Assembly: GCA_965261545.1 (NCBI GenBank)
Contig: CBDHDF010000002.1
Span: 384,001-448,000, forward strand
Length of the DNA stretch: 64,000 nucleotides
Origin: Bdellovibrionales bacterium
GTDB lineage: Bacteria; Bdellovibrionota; Bdellovibrionia; Bdellovibrionales; UBA1609
Direction: 5' to 3'
In this document: positions 10,048 through 19,903 of the stretch, piece by piece
Layout of the letters: every line of letters begins with the position of its first letter
Numbering within the stretch: the stretch's first letter is position 1
The notes under the pieces: model-generated
Told to the model about the DNA's origin: nothing
The model's database searches: none
Seen by the model: only the letters and a program-made list of their open reading frames with translations
Position numbers and translations under genes: made by a program

Positions 10048-11571
10048 TTAGTGGCGGCAAGCATTCTCCCAGTGCTCTGAACCTCTTAAATTTTCATTAG
10101 GTTGACGGCAGACTCTTGGCTCCTCTTTTCGATGACTTTTTGCTGAAATAACTTTCTCAACTCCACGAACCCTAATGTCACTTAAAGCTGCATCTACAAA
10201 AAATGAGCAAGCCTGCTCCAAAGAAGCTGTTGAATACCGTTTTCTTAGATTGAGTATCCCCTGAACACGACGAAGATACATAAGCGGATGGCGAGGCTCT
10301 TTGATAAGCCGCTCGGCAACTTTGTGAATGCTTTCTCCAAGGCTTGATGCCTCTTTAAGTACATTTTGTGGCGTTTGCTCTAAAATGGCCCGGTGGGACT
10401 CAGGGAGATGAGATTTTGTCGTAAAGTAGCGCCCTCGACTGCCCTGGGGGATGTGATGTATCGCCACCCGCTCTAATTCTGAATAAACCTCCAAGCATTG
10501 TTGGCTAATACGAATATCTAACTTCTTGCCGCGATGCTTATAAGGAACAGAGTAAAAATTGTAGTTATATTGAATGTGACAATCCGGATGAACCTTGGAA
10601 TGCTTCCAGAATCCACTCTCATAGCGTCTTTCAGGAAGAGGATTCAATTTTGACTTCTCAAAAGATTCAAACTTCTGTCGACGACTCAACCCATACTTTT
10701 TTTGAATACGATCATTGAAAATAGCTGCCAAATGCTTCAACTCAGCGTTGATGTCTGCTAGAGAATACATTTGCCGCTCTCTTATCTGGGGCCAAGACCA
10801 GCGCCAAAAGACTCCAAGGGTATTTTCGATAAGACTCTTGTCTTTGGGGCGAGATGGCCTCATCGCCAAAGGAGCCACATTGTAGTGATCACACAAGAGG
10901 TGAAACTCAGAGTTAATATCGGGGTCATAAGTATCAGCTCTTGTCACTTGAACCTTTGCGTTATCAAAAGCAATGGTTCCGGTCACACCACCAAAAAACT
11001 CAAAACCAGAAGCTATGGAGGAAAAAACATCTTCCCGCTGCTCTGTTAATGTGGCGCATGGAAAGAAAAACTGACTCGATGGAAGTATCATTCCAAATAA
11101 TCGACATGGGATGAACTCCCCAGTCTTGGCATCTGTATAGCCAAAACAAGAGTCTTTTCCCTTATAGTCAAACTCACTCCGTTCACCAGGGGTGAATGTC
11201 TGGTGCATATCAAGCTTTATACTTGGGTGCCTCCGACGAAACTCTCTCCAAAAAGAAAGATAACTCACACCGTCAATCTCGGACTGAATATGTCGCTCCC
11301 AGTAATGAGCCAATTGAGTCCCTAGGCTTTGCTTGAGGCGAACATCTGTCCAATTCACCTTGGATGACCATGGGGCTTGGTAGGGCCCATGCGACCCCTT
11401 TGAGCGGCTGTTAGGGCCTCCGGGACTATCCTTCACATACTTCTTCACAGTGTTCCGACTAACACCCATAGCTCGAGCTATTTGTCTCGAACTGAGTCCA
11501 AGCTCTATGTATTTCTTAATATTGTTGATCATTCTTGCTCCTTTTTTCTTACCTTGTTTGCCCATAGACAC
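10048..11571 (-). CDS. istA: IS21 transposase IstA
   Basis: HTH, PGERSEFDY, FDNAK, PKDKSLIE. Confidence 0.93.
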   Translation of the reverse strand: MSMGKQGKKKGARMINNIKKYIELGLSSRQIARAMGVSRNTVKKYVKDSPGGPNSRSKGSHGPYQAPWSSKVNWTDVRLKQSLGTQLAHYWERHIQSEIDGVSYLSFWREFRRRHPSIKLDMHQTFTPGERSEFDYKGKDSCFGYTDAKTGEFIPCRLFGMILPSSQFFFPCATLTEQREDVFSSIASGFEFFGGVTGTIAFDNAKVQVTRADTYDPDINSEFHLLCDHYNVAPLAMRPSRPKDKSLIENTLGVFWRWSWPQIRERQMYSLADINAELKHLAAIFNDRIQKKYGLSRRQKFESFEKSKLNPLPERRYESGFWKHSKVHPDCHIQYNYNFYSVPYKHRGKKLDIRISQQCLEVYSELERVAIHHIPQGSRGRYFTTKSHLPESHRAILEQTPQNVLKEASSLGESIHKVAERLIKEPRHPLMYLRRVQGILNLRKRYSTASLEQACSFFVDAALSDIRVRGVEKVISAKSHRKEEPRVCRQPNENLRGSEHWENACRH

Positions 11572-12089
11572 CTCCTCGTTAATGCGTAGCGCAGAAAGAA
11601 TATCTATGAAGATCTAAGTGGGTCAATGTTTGGTGAAATTCAGTGGGTCAAACTTCGTGAAATTGGGTGGGTCAAACCAGGTGAAATTGGGTGGGTCAAA
11701 CTAGGTGAAATTTTGCATAGTCTTCTTCTTGAACATATCCTTCCCTCTTTAGTTCGTAAGCCGCAAGCCATGGTAAGATGGGCTCACCGATCCATTCTTT
11801 TTCCAACAAATGTGTTTGAAAATTTTTATCAATACCTCAAGCAACAAGATTCAAGCCGTGCCGAGCATGAATATTTAAGAGTTATCAACTTGATTCAGCA
11901 TGTGAGTTGGCAGGACTTATCTACAGCCATGGAGCTTCAATTAGAAAGTCGTGAGATTTTCGACTTTAAATCCATAAAAGATTTGCTCTTAGGAAATCCC
12001 ACCAAAATTAATTTGAATGACCAACAAAAACCACTTCAACCTAGATTGTCTCAATATGACAGTCTTGTTCCAAACATAGGAGGTTCTTA

Positions 12090-12491
12090 ATGAATCACGA
12101 AGAACTTATAGGTTCTCTTAAAAAACTCCGACTTCCAGCGATGGCGGATGAATATGTTGCAACGGCTAGAGTTGCCGAAAAAACAAAAAAGACGTATGAA
12201 CAGTATTTAGGTATACTCGTTCAAAATGAGCTTGCTGACAAGCATTCCCAGAGAGTGAAAAGATTGCTTAAGGGGGCCAAGCTTCCTCAACTTAAATCAC
12301 TCCAAACTTATAACTTCCAGAAAAGAACGGGAGTGACAGCTCAGCAAATTAATTGGATGGCAGAGGGAGAGTGGGTCAGAAAAGCCTGTAATGTTGTGTT
12401 TTACGGAAGCTTTGGAATGGGGAAAAGTCATTTGGCCATGTCCCTAGTTCGTTCACTCTGTGAACAAGGCTATCGATGTTTATGGGTCACA
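12090..12491 (+). pseudogene. istB: IstB of IS21-A, 3'-truncated and fused to array spacer sequence
   Basis: LKKLRLP...GSFGMGKSHLA; sequence switches to reverse-complement spacer at ~12492. Confidence 0.85.
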
Positions 12492-12761
12492 ATTATCTTC
12501 ATTTTAACCTCATCTTCTATGCCCACAAAGCATTCAAAAACACCAAGGTTTACAAAAAAGCCAATACAAGACGCTTTTTAAGAATCTCCTCCAGCCTCTT
12601 CTTTCTTTTTTTTTGGCTTTTATAGTCTTTGTCGTTCCCATGACTCTTCAAGTTGAGCACTCTCCTGTACAAAGGGCTCAGTAGACTCGCTGTATCTACA
12701 GACTCGTCACTGTAAAAGGCTCCATAAGCTTCTTTAACGAGGTATCAAAGTCCTTTTTGCC

Positions 12762-13619
12762 TTAGAACACCTTCGGAGAAAATTCTTTTTGATTGGTGAT
12801 GGTGGCACTATTGCCGGTAGCTCGGATTACAAAAAGACCTTTTTTTTCAGCCTTGTTATGAGCCCCTTCATTGGCCTTCAAATAAGCTATGGCACCGTAA
12901 ATTATCTTGTCTTTGTACTCTGGAAAAATATCTTTAAACATGCCGAGCTTTTCTATAAAATGGTCAAGGTGATGATTTTTTAAAGTGGTTTTTACTTCCA
13001 CAACAACAACCTCCCGCCCATTGACTGCAATGATATCAACCTCGTATTCTTCTCCATTCCGCCTGCGAAAATTTTCCTGGGCAAGCCCCATCACTTGGAT
13101 ATTTCTTTCATTGAGAAGCCTTACCAAGTCACCTTTAACAAGGCTTTCTATCAGTTTTCCCCATTGCCCCGTAAACAATTCATTGAGTTCTCTTGTTCTT
13201 TTTTCCAAGTGAGCATGGCGAATATCTGCCTTTTTGGATATTTCTTTCAAATAACGATCTGTCTCCTTCCTTTGAAGTTTGGCTTCCTCCCTTTGAAGTT
13301 CGGCCTCCTTGGACATCTCTTTGAAATGACGGTCTGTCTCCTTCCTTTCAAGGTCGGCCTTCTCCCTTTGAAGTTCGGCCTCCTTGGACATCTTTTTCAA
13401 ATAACGATCTGTCTCCTTCCTTTCAAGGTCGGCCTCCTTGGACATCTTTTTGAAGTGACGGTCTGTCTCCTTCCTTTGGAGATCAGCCTCCTTGGACATC
13501 TCTTTGAAATGACGGTCTGTCTCCTTCTGTTGGAGACTTGTCTCTTCTTGGGATTTTGCTACCTTCTCCATAAGCTTCCACACAACTTCAGGACCTACTT
13601 TCTTAGCACTATCTGGCAT
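12762..13619 (-). CDS. Coiled-coil + PD-(D/E)XK protein, array copy 6 (285 aa)
   Basis: Near-identical paralog. Confidence 0.8.
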   Translation of the reverse strand: MPDSAKKVGPEVVWKLMEKVAKSQEETSLQQKETDRHFKEMSKEADLQRKETDRHFKKMSKEADLERKETDRYLKKMSKEAELQREKADLERKETDRHFKEMSKEAELQREEAKLQRKETDRYLKEISKKADIRHAHLEKRTRELNELFTGQWGKLIESLVKGDLVRLLNERNIQVMGLAQENFRRRNGEEYEVDIIAVNGREVVVVEVKTTLKNHHLDHFIEKLGMFKDIFPEYKDKIIYGAIAYLKANEGAHNKAEKKGLFVIRATGNSATITNQKEFSPKVF

Positions 13620-13981
13620 TGACGCCTCCTTCATTCATTGGCTTCACTTGACTTCACCCATTGGTTTCATTTCACAAATATCACACAACAAAGGCACATG
13701 CAAAAATAAGTCCTTATCTTCATTTTAACCTCATCTTCTATGCCCACAAAGCATTCAAAAACACCAAGGTTTACAAAAAAGCCAATACAAGACGCTTTTT
13801 AAGAATCTCCTCCAGCCTCTTCTTTCTTTTTTTTTGGCTTTTATAGTCTTTGTCGTTCCCATAACTCTTCAAGTTGAGCACTCTCCTGTACAAAGGGCTC
13901 AGTAGACTCGCTGTATCTACAGACTCGTCACTGTAAAAGGCTCCATAAGCTTCTTTAACGAGGTATCAAAGTCCTTTTTGC

Positions 13982-14923
13982 CTAGAACACCTTCGGAGAA
14001 AATTCTTTTTGATTAGTGATGGTGGCACTATTGCCGGTAGCTCGGATTACAAAAAGACCTTTTTTTTCAGCCTTGTTATGAGCCCCTTCATTGGCCTTCA
14101 AATAAGCTATGGCACCGTAAATTATCTTGTCTTTGTACTCTGGAAAAATATCTTTAAACATGCCGAGCTTTTCTATAAAATGGTCAAGGTGATGATTTTT
14201 TAAAGTGGTTTTTACTTCCACAACAACAACCTCCCGCCCATTGACTGCAATGATATCAACCTCGTATTCTTCTCCATTCCGCCTGCGAAAATTTTCCTGG
14301 GCAAGCCCCATCACTTGGATATTTCTTTCATTGAGAAGTCTTACCAAGTCACCTTTAACAAGGCTTTCTATCAGTTTTCCCCATTGCCCCGTAAATAATT
14401 CGTTGAGCTCTTTCGTTCTTTTTTCCAAGTGAGCATGGCGAATATCTGCCTTTTTGGATATTTCTTTCAAATAACGATCTGTCTCCTTCCTTTCAAGGTC
14501 GGCCTTCTCCCTTTGAAGTTTGGCTTCCTCCCTTTGAAGTTTGGCTTCCTCCCTTTGAAGTTCGGCCTCCTTGGACATCTCTTTGAAATGACGGTCTGTC
14601 TCCTTCCTTTCAAGGTCGGCCTTCTCCCTTTGAAGTTCGGCCTCCTTGGACATCTTTTTCAAATAACGATCTGTCTCCTTCCTTTCAAGGTCGGCTTCCT
14701 CCCTTTGAAGTTCGGCCTCCTTGGACATCTTTTTGAAGTGATGGTCTGTCTCCTTCCTTTGGAGATCGGCCTCCTTCCTTTGGAGATCAGCCTCCTTGGA
14801 CATCTCTTTGAAATGACGGTCTGTCTCCTTCTGTTGGAGACTTGTCTCTTCTTGGGATTTTGCTACCTTCTCCATAAGCTTCCACACAACTTCAGGACCT
14901 ACTTTCTTAGCACTATCTGACAT
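13982..14923 (-). CDS. Coiled-coil + PD-(D/E)XK protein, array copy 7 (313 aa)
   Basis: Near-identical paralog; TAG stop. Confidence 0.8.
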   Translation of the reverse strand: MSDSAKKVGPEVVWKLMEKVAKSQEETSLQQKETDRHFKEMSKEADLQRKEADLQRKETDHHFKKMSKEAELQREEADLERKETDRYLKKMSKEAELQREKADLERKETDRHFKEMSKEAELQREEAKLQREEAKLQREKADLERKETDRYLKEISKKADIRHAHLEKRTKELNELFTGQWGKLIESLVKGDLVRLLNERNIQVMGLAQENFRRRNGEEYEVDIIAVNGREVVVVEVKTTLKNHHLDHFIEKLGMFKDIFPEYKDKIIYGAIAYLKANEGAHNKAEKKGLFVIRATGNSATITNQKEFSPKVF

Positions 14924-15262
14924 TGACACCTCCATCACCCATTGGTTTCATTTCACAAATATCACACAACAAAGGCACATGCAAAAATAAGTCCTTATCT
15001 TCATTTTAACCTCATCTTCTATGCCCACAAAGCATTCAAAAACACCAAGATTTACAAAAAAGCCAATACAAGACGCTTTTTAAGAATCTCCTCCAGCCTC
15101 TTCTTTCTTTTTTTTTGGCTTTTATAGTCTTTGTCGTTCCCATGACTCTTCAAGTTGAGCACTCTCCTGTACAAAGGGCTCAGTAGACTCGCTGTATCTA
15201 CAGACTCGTCACTGTAAAAGGCTCCATAAGCTTCTTTAACGAGGTATCAAAGTCCTTTTTGC

Positions 15263-16141
15263 CTAGAACACCTTCGGAGAAAATTCTTTTTGATTGGTGA
15301 TGGTGGCACTATTGCCGGTAGCTCGGATTACAAAAAGACCTTTTTTTTCAGCCTTGTTATGAGCCCCTTCATTGGCCTTCAAATAAGCTATGGCACCGTA
15401 AATTATCTTGTCTTTGTACTCTGGAAAAATATCTTTAAACATGCCGAGCTTTTCTATAAAATGGTCAAGGTGCTGATTTTTTAAAGTGGTTTTTACTTCC
15501 ACAACAACAACCTCCCGCCCATTGACTGCAATGATATCAACCTCGTATTCTTCTCCATTCCGCCTGCGAAAATTTTCCTGGGCAAGCCCCATCACTTGGA
15601 TATTTCTTTCATTGAGAAGCCTTACCAAGTCACCTTTAACAAGGCTTTCTATCAGTTTTCCCCATTGCCCCGTAAACAATTCATTGAGTTCTCTTGTTCT
15701 TTTTTCCAAGTGAGCATGGCGAATATCTGCCTTTTTGGATATTTCTTTCAAATAACGATCTGTCTCCTTCCTTTCAAGGTCGGCCTTCTCCCTTTGAAGT
15801 TTGGCTTCCTCCCTTTGAAGTTCGGCCTCCTTGGACATCTTTTTGAAGTGATGGTCTGTCTCCTTCCTTTGGAGATCGGCCTCCTTGGACATCTTTTTGA
15901 AGTGATGGTCTGTCTCCTTCCTTTGGAGATCGGCCTCCTTGGACATCTTTTTGAAGTGATGGTCTGTCTCCTTCCTTTGGAGATCGGCCTCCTTCCTTTG
16001 GAGATCAGCCTCCTTGGACATCTCTTTGAAATGACGGTCTGTCTCCTTCTGTTGGAGACTTGTCTCTTCTTGGGATTTTGCGACCTTCTCCATAAGCTTC
16101 CACACAACTTCAGGACCTACTTTCTTAGCACTATCTGACAT
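15263..16141 (-). CDS. Coiled-coil + PD-(D/E)XK protein, array copy 8 (292 aa)
   Basis: Near-identical paralog; TAG stop. Confidence 0.8.
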   Translation of the reverse strand: MSDSAKKVGPEVVWKLMEKVAKSQEETSLQQKETDRHFKEMSKEADLQRKEADLQRKETDHHFKKMSKEADLQRKETDHHFKKMSKEADLQRKETDHHFKKMSKEAELQREEAKLQREKADLERKETDRYLKEISKKADIRHAHLEKRTRELNELFTGQWGKLIESLVKGDLVRLLNERNIQVMGLAQENFRRRNGEEYEVDIIAVNGREVVVVEVKTTLKNQHLDHFIEKLGMFKDIFPEYKDKIIYGAIAYLKANEGAHNKAEKKGLFVIRATGNSATITNQKEFSPKVF

Positions 16142-16480
16142 TGACGCCTCCATCACCCATTGGTTTCATTTCACAAATATCACACAACAAAGGCACATGC
16201 AAAAATAAGTCCATTATCTTCATTTTAACCTCATCTTCTATGCCCACAAAGCATTCAAAAACACCAAGATTTACAAAAAAGCCAATACAAGACGCTTTTT
16301 AAGAATCTCCTCCAGCCTCTTCTTTCTTTTTTTTTGGCTTTTATAGTCTTTGTCGTTCCCATGACTCTTCAAGTTGAGCACTCTCCTGTACAAAGGGCTC
16401 AGTAGACTCGCTGTATCTACAGACTCGTCACTAAAAGGCTCCATAAGCTTCTTTAACGAGGCATCAAAGTCCTTTTTGCC

Positions 16481-17488
16481 TTAGAACACCTTCGGAGAAA
16501 ATTCTTTTTGATTGGTGATGGTGGCACTATTGCCGGTAGCTCGGATTACAAAAAGACCTTTTTTTTCAGCCTTGTTATGAGCCCCTTCATTGGCCTTCAA
16601 ATAAGCTATGGCACCGTAAATTATCTTGTCTTTGTACTCTGGAAAAATATCTTTAAACATGCCGAGCTTTTCTATAAAATGGTCAAGGTGCTGATTTTTT
16701 AAAGTGGTTTTTACTTCCACAACAACAACCTCCCGCCCATTGACTGCAATGATATCAACCTCGTATTCTTCTCCATTCCGCCTGCGAAAATTTTCCTGGG
16801 CAAGCCCCATCACTTGGATATTTCTTTCATTGAGAAGCCTTACCAAGTCACCTTTAACAAGGCTTTCTATCAGTTTTCCCCATTGCCCCGTAAATAATTC
16901 GTTGAGCTCTTTCGTTCTTTTTTCCAAGTGAGCATGGCGAATATCTGCCTTTTTGGATATTTCTTTCAAATAACGATCTGTCTCCTTCCTTTCAAGGTCG
17001 GCCTTCTCCCTTTGAAGTTTGGCTTCCTCCCTTTGAAGTTCGGCCTCCTTGGACATCTTTTTCAAATAACGATCTGTCTCCTTCCTTTCAAGGTCGGCCT
17101 TCTCCCTTTGAAGTTTGGCTTCCTCCCTTTGAAGTTCGGCCTCCTTGGACATCTTTTTGAAGTGATGGTCTGTCTCCTTCCTTTGGAGATCGGCCTCCTT
17201 GGACATCTTTTTGAAGTGATGGTCTGTCTCCTTCCTTTGGAGATCGGCCTCCTTGGACATCTTTTTGAAGTGATGGTCTGTCTCCTTCCTTTGGAGATCG
17301 GCCTCCTTGGACATCTTTTTGAAGTGACGGCCTGTCTCCTTCCTTTGGAGATCAGCCTCCTTGGACATCTCTTTGAAATGACGGTCTGTCTCCTTCTGTT
17401 GGAGACTTGTCTCTTCTTGGGATTTTGCTACCTTCTCCATAAGCTTCCACACAACTTCAGGACCTACTTTCTTAGCACTATCTGGCAT
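16481..17488 (-). CDS. Coiled-coil + PD-(D/E)XK protein, array copy 9 (335 aa)
   Basis: Near-identical paralog. Confidence 0.8.
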   Translation of the reverse strand: MPDSAKKVGPEVVWKLMEKVAKSQEETSLQQKETDRHFKEMSKEADLQRKETGRHFKKMSKEADLQRKETDHHFKKMSKEADLQRKETDHHFKKMSKEADLQRKETDHHFKKMSKEAELQREEAKLQREKADLERKETDRYLKKMSKEAELQREEAKLQREKADLERKETDRYLKEISKKADIRHAHLEKRTKELNELFTGQWGKLIESLVKGDLVRLLNERNIQVMGLAQENFRRRNGEEYEVDIIAVNGREVVVVEVKTTLKNQHLDHFIEKLGMFKDIFPEYKDKIIYGAIAYLKANEGAHNKAEKKGLFVIRATGNSATITNQKEFSPKVF

Positions 17489-17714
17489 TGACGCCTCCTT
17501 CATTCATTGGCTTCACTTGACTTCACCCATTGGTTTCATTTCACAAATATCACACAACAAAGGCACATGCAAAAATAAGTCCATTATCTTCATTTTAACC
17601 TCATCTTCTATGCCCACAAAGCATTCAAAAACACCAAGATTTACAAAAAAGCCAATACAAGACGCTTTTTAAGAATCTCCTCCAGCCTCTTCTTTCTTTT
17701 TTTTTGGCTTTTAT

Positions 17715-19464
17715 CCTGAATTCTACAAAAATGGTAACAAGGTTTAGGTCTAAAGTCTAGAATCTGACTTCAGAACAAATATAACGCGGTTTCAGACCTC
17801 TTTTGAATTGAAAGAATTCAAAATCCTTGTTACCATTGGTAACAATGTCTTATTTACATGAGCAAAAGAGAAACGGTAAAATTTACGTTTATGAGATACA
17901 CGGCTATTGGGACTCAAAGAAAAAACAATCTCGCCAAAAAAGAACCTATTTAGGGCGTAAAGATGAGGTCAGCGGTGAGATTAAAACTAAAAAGAAAAAA
18001 GTCCCTATAGGCTCCTATACTGTTGGATCTTTATATTTTCTGAAAGAAATTTGTAAACAATCCAAACTACTTAAAGTTGTCAAACAAGTTTTTCCTGAGG
18101 AATATGAAAAGATTCTTCATTTGTCATGTTTTAAGATTATAAAGAAAGAGCCTTATTATTTTTATAAGTCTTGGTGTGAAGAGTCTTACGTTTCCAAAGA
18201 AATTTCTATGGGATCGACCAAAACTAGTAGACTTTTACACTCTATTGGTCAAGACGAGAAAAAAATAGATATTTTTTTTACAAATTGGATAAAAGAGCTT
18301 AAATCTACTGGCTCTATCCTATTTGATATTACATCTATTTCTTCTTATGGGTCCAAAAATGAATTTTTGGAACGAGGTTACAATAGAGATGGCGAAAATT
18401 TAGAACAAGTAAATTTGGGTTTGATTGCACGAGCTTCCAGCACTAATTCAATAGGCTTACCTTTAGCTTACAGGGTATACCCTGGCAGTATTACGGATGT
18501 AACGACACTGAGGAATGTAACAGATCTTGTGGGTAGATATAAGTTAAATCTTGATATTTTAGTGATGGACAAAGGGTTTTATAGTCAAGAAAACATAAAG
18601 AATATGAACAAACAAGGCTTGAGCTATATAGTTCCTATGAGCTTCAGCACTCAGAAATCTAAAGAAATTTTATTTGACTTGCATGACAAGTTATTATCTC
18701 CTGGATCATTATTTGCTTTCTATGAGCAAGTATACTCCTACTCTAAGAAAGAAATAGAAATTGGAAGTGAAAGTTGTATGGCTCATGTTTTTTTAGAAGG
18801 TAAGAGGCGGTCTGATCAGGAGTCTATTTTTATAAGAAAGATATCAGATTTAGAAAATCTTTTTTTAGAAAAAAATTTTTCAAGTAAGGATGATGCATCT
18901 CTTTATTTGAAAGAGACATTAAAAACTAAGAAAAATTTTTTTTTCATTGAAGAATCCGAGAATAAATTTGTAATTGAGAGAAACCTCAATGTTTTTCGAG
19001 ATGAGATGATAAAGATGGGCTGCTTGATTCTCATCACTAATAACATTCAAATGGATCGGGATGAAATTTTAAGATTATATAGAAGAAAAGATTGTGTAGA
19101 AAAGGTTTTTCGTGCTTTTAAGCATGACATAGATGAGAAAAGAAATAGGACACATTCGTTGATCGCAATGAGAGGAAGTATTTTCATTAATTTTAGCTCT
19201 TTAATTTTGATTACATGGGTTGATCATGTGATGAAGAAAAATGAGCTATACAAAAAAATGACAAAAGCCGAACTTTATAAGATATTAGACCGTCTCAAGT
19301 TGTATGAGCTAGCCACAGGCACTCCCATACTTGGTGAAGTGTCAAAAAAGCAAAAAGATATTTTGAAGGCGTTCAATGTAAGTACAAATATTAATCCCAG
19401 CCGTCGCTTCACAATGTCAGGACCTTAGGCCAGAATCCTTGTTACCATTTTTGTAGAATTCAGG
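17715..19464 (+). mobile_element. IS1634-family element A, full length, non-matching flanks
   Basis: Perfect 28-bp IRs cctgaattctacaaaaatggtaacaagg. Confidence 0.9.
17845..19428 (+). CDS. IS1634-family DDE transposase
   Basis: FDITSISSY, GYNRDG..QVNLGL, YPGSITDV, MDKGFYS, YRRKD.VEK.F. Confidence 0.88.
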   Translation: MSYLHEQKRNGKIYVYEIHGYWDSKKKQSRQKRTYLGRKDEVSGEIKTKKKKVPIGSYTVGSLYFLKEICKQSKLLKVVKQVFPEEYEKILHLSCFKIIKKEPYYFYKSWCEESYVSKEISMGSTKTSRLLHSIGQDEKKIDIFFTNWIKELKSTGSILFDITSISSYGSKNEFLERGYNRDGENLEQVNLGLIARASSTNSIGLPLAYRVYPGSITDVTTLRNVTDLVGRYKLNLDILVMDKGFYSQENIKNMNKQGLSYIVPMSFSTQKSKEILFDLHDKLLSPGSLFAFYEQVYSYSKKEIEIGSESCMAHVFLEGKRRSDQESIFIRKISDLENLFLEKNFSSKDDASLYLKETLKTKKNFFFIEESENKFVIERNLNVFRDEMIKMGCLILITNNIQMDRDEILRLYRRKDCVEKVFRAFKHDIDEKRNRTHSLIAMRGSIFINFSSLILITWVDHVMKKNELYKKMTKAELYKILDRLKLYELATGTPILGEVSKKQKDILKAFNVSTNINPSRRFTMSGP

Positions 19465-19903
19465 GAGAATAGCATGGGGCTCTTTTTTGGCATAGCCATG
19501 GATCACCTCGCCCACAGGACGAGGCTATTTTAATTTAGTATAGACGCAATGCCGTTTCCTTAAGAAAAATCTCTTGAAATCATTAGATAAATCGACAAGA
19601 ATAAGACTTGTTTTATTTTACACCCAACCCTCAACCAAGGAGTAAGTCACATGCAATCCAATATTGATCTCGAAAGCCCCCAAATGACGAGTTCGCGTCA
19701 CAGATGACCATTTTATTCTACCAAAACTTGATTCTTCCTTCAAGCCAGAGCACCTTGTCGATCCAGAAAAACAAAAAAGGAATCGAAAATTTAATCCTCA
19801 AATTTTCTTTTTTACCATTATCTATCTTATTGCCGGAACAAATTACGAAGGCTACCAAATCGCTCTTAAGACGGTATGGACTCATTTTGGTGACCTGCTT
19901 CTC

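Larger units (their letters stand above)
8735..11717 (-). mobile_element. IS21-family element B, apparently complete
   Basis: TG...CA ends with multiple tttgacccac repeats; TAGT duplication (8731-8734, 11718-11721). Confidence 0.9.
7638..12090 (+). pseudogene. istA: IS21 transposase IstA, frameshifted near 8160 and split by IS21-B (8735-11717)
   Basis: HTH, PGEQAQFDF, RIDN, KGDVER motifs; C-terminus resumes at ...DGEHSLLLEHIL after 11721. Confidence 0.85.
7071..12491 (+). mobile_element. IS21-family element A (interrupted by IS21-B, right end lost)
   Basis: TG-start end with repeated gtcgccaat..aaa..ccac motifs; istA and istB remnants; same left end recurs at 53957. Confidence 0.85.
12492..17714 (-). 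repeat. Tandem gene array, inverted arm (4 units)
   Basis: Reverse complement of the same gene and spacer unit. Confidence 0.95.

Noticed and set aside
100..17450. Array repeats as a CRISPR array
   Set aside because: Repeats are in-frame coding modules without unique spacers; no cas genes.
26..17491. Antisense and alternate-frame ORFs over the array (MDISFIEK.., MCGSLWRR.., MVFTSTTT.., MIGDGGT..)
   Set aside because: Shadows of the repetitive coding strand; they recur only because the DNA is repeated and lack RBSs.
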